A stretch of 64,000 bases of DNA from contig OY761158.1 in assembly GCA_963664405.1 (NCBI GenBank), forward strand, positions 5,216,001-5,280,000, read 5' to 3'. A program made the translations under genes and the position numbers. This DNA comes from Thermoanaerobaculia bacterium. Its GTDB lineage: Bacteria; Acidobacteriota; Thermoanaerobaculia; Multivoradales; Multivoraceae. The notes under the pieces are model-generated. The model saw only the letters and a list, made by a program, of their open reading frames with translations, made no database searches and was not told the DNA's origin. Positions 57,596 to 64,000 of the stretch are shown piece by piece. Position 1 is the stretch's first letter; the number at the start of each line of letters is the position of its first letter.

Positions 57596-58393
57596 ATGTT
57601 GCGTTTCCGAGCCCTTTTCTACAGCCCTCTGGCCCTCCTCGTGGCCGCCGCGACTCTCGCCCAGAGTCCCGGCGCCGTGTTCACGCCGATGGGTGATTTC
57701 GAGGTGATCGTCGCCGGTAGGCTCGATTCGGAGGCGATGGTCTATGAGTCGCGGCAGATGGCGGCCGTGTTGGTCGTCTCCGATGCGCTTCCCTCTCCTA
57801 TCGTTCTTCACGCCAAGAGCATGAGACTGCAGGCGGTGCCGAGGGATCGGCTGAGCAGCGGGCCGGCAGGGCTGGAGATTGTGCGTGGCGAAGCGCTGGC
57901 AGATCTCGAGGACTTCCAGGTCGAAGGCACCGATGTCGTCTTCAAGCACGGCACGGTGGTTGGAAAACTGCGCCCCAGAGCTCCCTTGGTCGGCGACCAT
58001 CCGCTCGAAGACCTTCTGGAGCACAGCCCGCAATACCGCGTGACGGCGGCTGCCTACAAGCCCGACCCTGTCATTCTCGCCAAGCTTCGCGAGATCGAGG
58101 GGGAGTATCGTGTCCGGGTGGTCTTCGGGTCCTGGTGCTCGGTGTGTAAGATCTATCTACCGCGGGGGATCCGAGTAGAAGAAGAGCTGGGCTCCGATTC
58201 GATTCGTTTCGAGTACTTCGGGCTTCCGCTGGAAGAGCCCTGGGAACATGCCGAGGTCAAGCGCATCGGGGTGAAGTCGCTTCCCACCGCGGTGGTTTAT
58301 CGAGGCGATCGTGAGGTGGGTCGCTACGAAGGGGCCGAGGGCTGGCAGCGACCCGAGGCTCGGCTTCTTCAGGCAATCAACGCCAGCCAGTAG
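57596..58393 (+). CDS. Exported thioredoxin-fold protein
   Basis: Signal peptide, C-terminal FGSWCSVC and cis-Pro motif SLPT. Confidence 0.75.
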   Translation: MLRFRALFYSPLALLVAAATLAQSPGAVFTPMGDFEVIVAGRLDSEAMVYESRQMAAVLVVSDALPSPIVLHAKSMRLQAVPRDRLSSGPAGLEIVRGEALADLEDFQVEGTDVVFKHGTVVGKLRPRAPLVGDHPLEDLLEHSPQYRVTAAAYKPDPVILAKLREIEGEYRVRVVFGSWCSVCKIYLPRGIRVEEELGSDSIRFEYFGLPLEEPWEHAEVKRIGVKSLPTAVVYRGDREVGRYEGAEGWQRPEARLLQAINASQ

Positions 58394-58411
58394 GGGCGGC
58401 GCTCCGCTGCC

Positions 58412-58714
58412 TTATAGGACGACTTCGAAACCTTCGAACTGAGGGTGCCCCAAGTAGGTCCCCTCAGGGGCACGAGCTTGAGCATGCGCCTTGTGAAAGC
58501 TCTCTGACTCGGTCCAGGCGACGAAGGTCTCTCGGGAGGCCCAGACGGTGTGCGAGGTGTAGAGGGTTGCCTCTTCGTCGCTGGGCCCTCGCAACAGATG
58601 AAACTCCTTGAAGCCTGGTACTTCGTCGAGGTAGGAGTCGCGGCTTCGCCAGATCTCTTCGAAACCCTCTTCTTTTCCGAGGGCGATCCTAAAACGGTTC
58701 ATCGCGATGTACAT
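58412..58714 (-). CDS. Antibiotic-biosynthesis monooxygenase family (IsdG/HmuQ-like)
   Basis: MYIAMNRF, W..R.S.L..VPGF and WT.SE.F..AH. RBS AAAGGAG. Confidence 0.85.
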   Translation of the reverse strand: MYIAMNRFRIALGKEEGFEEIWRSRDSYLDEVPGFKEFHLLRGPSDEEATLYTSHTVWASRETFVAWTESESFHKAHAQARAPEGTYLGHPQFEGFEVVL

Positions 58715-58764
58715 GGGGCTCCTTTGTTCTCTCAAATGGGGGACGATTCTTGGTGTTGTTCCCC

Positions 58765-59043
58765 TTAGGCTTCACCCAGGGAGTGGCTTTCGGTGTCGGT
58801 CTCGATGCGGGTCCGCGACGGCACGCCATGCTCTTGCAAGATCCGTCGTAGCAGCGGCAGGGCAGCTACCTCGTCGCTGACTTCGGCGACAAGGAAGAAG
58901 TGACCCGGCGCCGCGCCGCCGCGAGTGATCTCTCCCAGACCCGCCTCGCTCAGTGCCTCTTCGAGCGGATCCTGCAGATCCATCGGACTTCCTCGGCGCC
59001 AGTCGCCACTGGGGATGATGATCTTGATCTCGGTGATAGGCAT
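58765..59043 (-). CDS. Hypothetical protein (92 aa)
   Basis: MPITEIKIII...LEEAL..AGLGEI.RGG; fills the gap; this is the 3' part of track ORF 58765..60036. Confidence 0.6.
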   Translation of the reverse strand: MPITEIKIIIPSGDWRRGSPMDLQDPLEEALSEAGLGEITRGGAAPGHFFLVAEVSDEVAALPLLRRILQEHGVPSRTRIETDTESHSLGEA

Positions 59044-59112
59044 CCGGTATGCGGTCCTTCGGGGTCCGAATGGTATAACTTCCCCGCATTGATCCCGACC
59101 CACGAAGATAGC

Positions 59113-59997
59113 GTGACCGCGAGTGACTCCCGGGCTCAGACGACTCCTCGGCGAGGCGAGGTGCCTTGTCGGCTCGAAGTGAGCAATCTGGGACTTTCCT
59201 TTGGCGGTGTCGTCGCCCTCCGTGATGTCAGTCTGGACGTTCGCCAGGGCGAGATCGTAGCGATCATTGGCCCGAACGGCGCCGGCAAGACCAGTCTCCT
59301 CAATTGCATCAGTGGTCTTTACCGGCCGCAGGTGGGGAAGATCGTTCTTTACGACCGGGAGGGCGAGCAAGAGGAACTGACTCGCCGGCCTCCCCATCGG
59401 ATCGCGGCCCTCGGCGTAGCTCGATCGTTTCAGAACATCGAGCTCTTCAGGCAGATGAGCGTGCTCGACAATCTGATGCTCGGCCGCCATGTGCGCATGA
59501 AGGGCGGCATTCTCGACGCCGCGCTCTACTGGTGGCGGCAGCTGCCCGAAGAGATCACGGCAAGACGACGGGTGGAGGAGATCATCGACTTCCTCGAGAT
59601 CCAGAGCATCCGTCACCAGCTTGTCGGCACCCTCGCCTACGGGCTGCAGAAGAGAGTCGAGCTGGGGAGGGCCCTGGCGGTGGAGCCCGAAGTGCTGCTT
59701 CTCGACGAGCCGATGGCCGGTATGAATTCGGAGGAAAAGGAGGACATGGCGCGCTTCGTCCTCGACATCAACGAAGAGTGGGGAGTGACCACGGCACTGA
59801 TCGAGCACGACATGGGGGTGGTGATGGACCTCTCCGATTGGGTCGTCGTGTTGGACTTTGGCGAAGTCATCGCCGCCGGCACTCCTGATCAGGTACGTGC
59901 CGACGAGAAGGTGATCAAGGCGTACCTGGGAGAGGAGATGCCGGTCGCTCCGGGCGGGCCGTCGGCTGCTCCAGGGGCGCAATCGGCCGCACCATGA
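59113..59997 (+). CDS. livG: HAAT-family ABC transporter ATP-binding protein
   Basis: GPNGAGKT, RSFQNIELF, LAYG.QKRVE, LDEP.AG and IEHDM. Start uncertain. Confidence 0.85.
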   Translation: MTASDSRAQTTPRRGEVPCRLEVSNLGLSFGGVVALRDVSLDVRQGEIVAIIGPNGAGKTSLLNCISGLYRPQVGKIVLYDREGEQEELTRRPPHRIAALGVARSFQNIELFRQMSVLDNLMLGRHVRMKGGILDAALYWWRQLPEEITARRRVEEIIDFLEIQSIRHQLVGTLAYGLQKRVELGRALAVEPEVLLLDEPMAGMNSEEKEDMARFVLDINEEWGVTTALIEHDMGVVMDLSDWVVVLDFGEVIAAGTPDQVRADEKVIKAYLGEEMPVAPGGPSAAPGAQSAAP

Positions 59998-61895
59998 GCG
60001 CCGACACCCTTCCCCGGCTTCTCGTAGAGCAGGCACAGGAGCGTCGTACCCAGGTGGCGCTGCGCGAAAAGGAGTACGGCATCTGGGAGACCTTCACCTG
60101 GGAGCAGTACCTGGAGCGGGTGCAGAATTTCAGTCTCGGGATGCTCTCTCTGGGGCTGGTGGCGGGGGACAAGGTGGCGATCGTCGGCGACAATCGCCCC
60201 GAGTGGGTGATTGCCGAGCTCGCCGCCCAATCAGTGGGCGGAGTGTCGATGGGTGTCTATCAAGACTGCGTGGCCAGCGAGGTGGAGTACCTGGTTCACT
60301 TTGCCGATGCCGTATTCGTGGTGGCGGAGGATCAAGAGCAGGTCGACAAGATTCTCGAGGTGCGCGAGGGCCTGCCGCGGGTGCGTAAGGTCATCTACTA
60401 CGATCCGCGAGGGCTGCGTGGCTACGATCCGGATCTGCTCCTTGCCTTCGAGGAGGTCGAAGAGCTTGGTCGGAAGCGTGCCAGGGAGAAGCCCGGCGAG
60501 TTTAAGGAGTGCGTCGAGAGGACTCGCTCCCAGGACGTTGCGATCCTGGCCTCTACGTCCGGCACCACCGGCACTCCCAAGCTTGCCATGCTCACCCACG
60601 CCAATCTGATCACCATGGCGGAGAAGATCCAGAGTGTCGACCCTGCCGAGCCGGGCGACGACTTTCTGTCCTTTCTGCCGCTGCCGTGGATCGGTGAGCA
60701 GATGATCTCAGTGGCCTTTTCTCTCCTCGTCGGGTTCCCGGTCGATTTTCCTGAAGAGCCCGAAACCGTACAAGAGAATCTGCGCGAGATCGGGCCGCGC
60801 ATGCTGTTCGCACCCCCTCGGATCTGGGAGAACATGCTCTCCGACGTCCAAGTCAAAGTCGAAGATAGCTCGCGTTTGAAACGAGGGGTTTACGACTGGG
60901 CGATTGGGGTGGGCTACCGCAGCGCCGATCTACGCTTGCGCAGCGAGGCGGTGCCGACGATGCTCAGGCTGCGTCGCCGAGTGGCGGAGCTGGTTTGTTT
61001 TCTGTGGATCAAGGACAAGCTCGGCCTGCGACGCCTCAAGCATGCCTATACCGGCGGCGCTGCGCTGGGGCCTGACATCATCCGTTTCTTTCATGCCCTG
61101 GGCGTGAACTTGAAACAGATTTATGGGCAGACCGAAGTGTCAGGGATCTCGGTCATTCACCGCGACGGTGATATCAAGTTTCAGACGGTGGGCCTTCCGG
61201 TACCGGACACTGAGGTCCGGGTCGACGACAGTGGCGAGATTCTGACTCGGAGCTCCGCGGTCTTCGTCGGCTACTACAAGAACTCCGAGGCGACCGAAGA
61301 GACCCTCGTCGACGGCTGGCTGCATACCGGCGACGCCGGCTACCTGGATGAGGACGGCCATCTCATTGTCATCGATCGGGCCAAGGATGTGATGACGTTG
61401 GCCGACGGCACCAGGTTCTCGCCTCAGTTCATCGAGAACAAGCTCAAGTTCAGCCCCTATATCCGAGAGGCAGTGGTCTTCGGAGGCGATGGGCCTTACG
61501 TGACGTCGATGATCACGATCGACTACGCCAATACCGGGAAGTGGGCCGAGAAGGGGCAGATTCCGTACACCACCTTCACCGATCTGGCCCAGAAGGACGA
61601 AGTCTACGAGCTCGTCGGAGAGCATCTCTCGAGGATGAACGAGGATCTGCCGGAGGCGGCGAGGATTCAGCGTTTCGTTCTCCTCCACAAAGAGCTCGAT
61701 GCCGACGATGCCGAGCTCACCCGCACTCGCAAGGTCCGGCGCCGTTTCGTCGCCGAGCGCTATGAGGAGATCATCAAGGCTCTCTACGGGAGTGAGTCAG
61801 CGGTCGCGGTGGAAACGGTGATCTCCTACCAGGACGGGCGCACGGCCACCACCCGTACCGAGCTTCGTATCGAGGGGACGGGAGCCCCCTCTTAG
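59994..61895 (+). CDS. Long-chain fatty acyl-CoA synthetase (AMP-binding)
   Basis: TSGTTGTPK, YGQTE, GWLHTGDAG and DRAKD. Confidence 0.9.
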   Translation: MSADTLPRLLVEQAQERRTQVALREKEYGIWETFTWEQYLERVQNFSLGMLSLGLVAGDKVAIVGDNRPEWVIAELAAQSVGGVSMGVYQDCVASEVEYLVHFADAVFVVAEDQEQVDKILEVREGLPRVRKVIYYDPRGLRGYDPDLLLAFEEVEELGRKRAREKPGEFKECVERTRSQDVAILASTSGTTGTPKLAMLTHANLITMAEKIQSVDPAEPGDDFLSFLPLPWIGEQMISVAFSLLVGFPVDFPEEPETVQENLREIGPRMLFAPPRIWENMLSDVQVKVEDSSRLKRGVYDWAIGVGYRSADLRLRSEAVPTMLRLRRRVAELVCFLWIKDKLGLRRLKHAYTGGAALGPDIIRFFHALGVNLKQIYGQTEVSGISVIHRDGDIKFQTVGLPVPDTEVRVDDSGEILTRSSAVFVGYYKNSEATEETLVDGWLHTGDAGYLDEDGHLIVIDRAKDVMTLADGTRFSPQFIENKLKFSPYIREAVVFGGDGPYVTSMITIDYANTGKWAEKGQIPYTTFTDLAQKDEVYELVGEHLSRMNEDLPEAARIQRFVLLHKELDADDAELTRTRKVRRRFVAERYEEIIKALYGSESAVAVETVISYQDGRTATTRTELRIEGTGAPS

Positions 61896-61897
61896 AT

Positions 61898-62770
61898 ATG
61901 GAAGTTTTCCTCCAGTTGACGTTCACCGGCATCTCGAACGGCATGGTCTACGCGTTGGTGGCGGTCGGTTTCGTCATCATCTATAAAGCCTCCGACGTCA
62001 TCAACTTCGCGCAGGCGGAGTTTCTTCTCTTCGGCGCCTACCTCGCATTCGCTCTCATCGGCCAGCTCGGCCTTCCGTGGAGTGTGGGTGTTGCGGTGAC
62101 TCTGCTGGTGGCGGTGGCCCTCGGCCTGCTGGTCGAGCGTCTCGTGCTCCGCCCTCTCATCGGTGAGCCCATCATCTCGATGATCATGGTCACTATAGGC
62201 TTATCGAGTGTGCTCAAGGCGGTGGTCCATGGGGTCTGGGGAGCCCGGCCGCGCGCGTTTCCGTCTTTCATCCCTACGACTCGGATCGAGGTAGCCGGGG
62301 TGAGTGTCGGAGCCGATCGGTTGATCACGATCGGCCTTGCCGCGCTTCTTCTTCTGCTGCTTACTCTCTTCTTTCGCTATACCCGCGACGGCATTGCGAT
62401 GCGCGCGATCGCCGACGACCAGCAAGCGGCGCTGTCGATGGGAATCAGCATCAAGAGAGTTCTGGCGGTCGCCTGGGCGATGGCAGCGATGTCGGCGGCG
62501 GTGGCCGGCATCATCCTGGCCAATCTGGTCGGGGTCAGTCACGACATCAGCTCGGTGGGCCTGCGGGTCTTCCCAGTGGTTATTCTCGGCGGTCTCGACT
62601 CGGTGTCCGGAGCGATTGTCGGCGGCGCCATCATTGGGCTCCTGGAGTCCTACACCGGTGGTTACGTCGGCCACGGGCTCAACCTCATCGTCCCCTTTCT
62701 GGTTCTCATCCTGGTGCTGATGGTGCGTCCTTACGGACTCTTCGGCAAAGAGATCATCGAAAGAGTGTGA
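61898..62770 (+). CDS. livH: HAAT-family ABC transporter permease
   Basis: G..YAL.A.GF..I, INFAQ, G.AMRA.A and RPYGLFG. Confidence 0.85.
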   Translation: MEVFLQLTFTGISNGMVYALVAVGFVIIYKASDVINFAQAEFLLFGAYLAFALIGQLGLPWSVGVAVTLLVAVALGLLVERLVLRPLIGEPIISMIMVTIGLSSVLKAVVHGVWGARPRAFPSFIPTTRIEVAGVSVGADRLITIGLAALLLLLLTLFFRYTRDGIAMRAIADDQQAALSMGISIKRVLAVAWAMAAMSAAVAGIILANLVGVSHDISSVGLRVFPVVILGGLDSVSGAIVGGAIIGLLESYTGGYVGHGLNLIVPFLVLILVLMVRPYGLFGKEIIERV

Positions 62771-62776
62771 TCGCGG

Positions 62777-63820
62777 ATGGAATCAGGCACTTTCTTCAGC
62801 GACTATCGCTCGGATATGGCGCTACGGCGTATGCCTCTGGAGAAGCTAAGGCTCTTGCTCTTCGCCATCGCTCTGGTGATCTTCCCCTTTCTCGCCAACT
62901 CTTACTGGCTCAACCTCGCCAATCAGATCGCGATCTTCACCATCGGAGCTCTCGGCCTCAACATTCTGGTCGGCTACACCGGCCAGATCTCGTTAGGACA
63001 GGGAGCCTTCATGGCGGTTGGCGCCTATTCCAGCGGGATCCTCACCGTTCGCCTCGGTGTTCCCTTCTGGGCGAGCATCGTCATCGCCAGTTTCCTCACC
63101 GCCGCCGTCGGCTTGCTTTTTGGCCTGCCTTCACTGCGGCTCAAAGGCCTCTATCTGGCGATCGCGACTCTCGCCGCCCAACAGATCGTCGAGTGGGTGG
63201 TCACCCACTGGACCGCGCTGACAGGGGGTACCGAGGCCCTGGTCTTGCCGGCCCCAACACTCTTCGGCGAGCGTCTGAACACCGACTTCCGCTTCTACTG
63301 GATCGGCGTCTTGATCGCCTCTGGGAGCGCCCTGTTCGTGGCCAATCTCTTTCGCTCACGGGTGGGCCGGGCCTTCGTCGCCATCCGCGACCAGGACATT
63401 GCCGCCAGCGCCCTCGGCGTCAACGTCTTTCGCTACAAGCTGCTCAGCTTCGCGACTTCGTCGTTCTTTGTCGGCCTTGCTGGAGCGCTGGTCGCCCACT
63501 ACCGGACCATCGTCACCTGGGAGCGCTTTACTATCGAGACCTCGATTCTCTACCTGGCGATGATCATCATCGGCGGCCTGGGGACGATCAGCGGGTGCTT
63601 TTTCGGGGCCGCGTTCATGGTCCTGCTGCCGGCGACGATCAACACGGTCGGTAGGAGCCTGCAGTCGTCGGCGCCAGCGGTGGCGGCTATTCTGCCTTCA
63701 GTGCAGCTAGGCGTTTTCGGGCTGGTAATCATCCTCTTTCTGGTTCTCGAGCCCGAGGGCCTGGCCAAGCTCTGGCGCAACGTCAAGGACTACTTCCGGG
63801 TCTGGCCTTTTTCTTACTGA
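62777..63820 (+). CDS. livM: HAAT-family ABC transporter permease
   Basis: GLNILVGYTGQISLG, LRLKGLYLAIATLA, GRAF.AIRD and EPEGL. Confidence 0.85.
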   Translation: MESGTFFSDYRSDMALRRMPLEKLRLLLFAIALVIFPFLANSYWLNLANQIAIFTIGALGLNILVGYTGQISLGQGAFMAVGAYSSGILTVRLGVPFWASIVIASFLTAAVGLLFGLPSLRLKGLYLAIATLAAQQIVEWVVTHWTALTGGTEALVLPAPTLFGERLNTDFRFYWIGVLIASGSALFVANLFRSRVGRAFVAIRDQDIAASALGVNVFRYKLLSFATSSFFVGLAGALVAHYRTIVTWERFTIETSILYLAMIIIGGLGTISGCFFGAAFMVLLPATINTVGRSLQSSAPAVAAILPSVQLGVFGLVIILFLVLEPEGLAKLWRNVKDYFRVWPFSY

Positions 63821-63854
63821 ATTCTGGGGTGGGGGTACCACCCCAGAATTCAGT
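63816..63854. repeat. Perfect 17-bp inverted repeat (terminator or REP-like hairpin)
   Basis: ACTGAATTCTGGGGTGG-GGGTA-CCACCCCAGAATTCAGT, overlapping the livM stop codon. Confidence 0.8.
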
Positions 63855-63872
63855 CGCACATGGTGTTACCGG

Positions 63873-64000
63873 CTACGAGAAAGCGCACTTAGTTGGCTGC
63901 GAGTCGGTTTTTTGTCCCCGCGAGGCGTGACTCAGGGTGTGGCGCAGATAGTCGAGGTACCCCTCGGGGGGTGGCGTCGTGGGGAGTTCTCGGAGGATGG
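63873..64000 (-). CDS. Possible 3' end of a convergent gene (partial)
   Basis: Open frame ...ILRELPTTPPPEGYLDYLRHTL...FS* runs off the window edge. Confidence 0.3.
   Translation of the reverse strand, partial: ILRELPTTPPPEGYLDYLRHTLSHASRGQKTDSQPTKCAFS

Noticed and set aside
57596-58393. Third selenoprotein (thioredoxin fold)
   Set aside because: The motif is an ordinary WCSVC with no in-frame TGA.
58395-58411. Intrinsic terminator between convergent genes (GGCGGCG-CTC-CGCTGCC)
   Set aside because: Short stem, 3-nt loop and no U-tract; too weak to call.

Overview
GC-rich bacterial window of about 60 mostly metabolic and envelope genes. The gene content suggests a Gram-negative, possibly Acidobacteria-like organism (inference only). 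No rRNA, tRNA or CRISPR array was recognised. The ORF track misses two selenoprotein genes. (1) A UGSC-motif protein (12214-12786, -; ...GH-U-GSC...) sits in a tight operon with a conserved partner of unknown function and directly downstream of a luciferase-like oxidoreductase. (2) A SelW/Rdx-family protein (52958-53212, -; C-V-R-U). Both in-frame UGAs are followed by a hairpin whose loop G lies at +23/+24, consistent with bacterial SECIS geometry. A SAM-I riboswitch precedes a threonine-synthase-like gene plus a MoaD/ThiS-type sulfur carrier, suggesting a sulfur-carrier-dependent homocysteine/methionine route. Other features include a RAYT/IS200-like HUH transposase bounded by 18-bp inverted repeats with a 142-bp 5' duplication, a family of long palindromic non-coding elements (a solo copy at 19.65 kb and a 219-bp-period array at 26.3-26.9 kb), and an internally deleted IS91-like transposase. 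The window also has several broken genes, a cysH promoter with an overlapping palindromic operator, a G11 tract in a secreted SurE gene and many apparently leaderless genes. All product calls come from motif recognition by eye; no database search was run.
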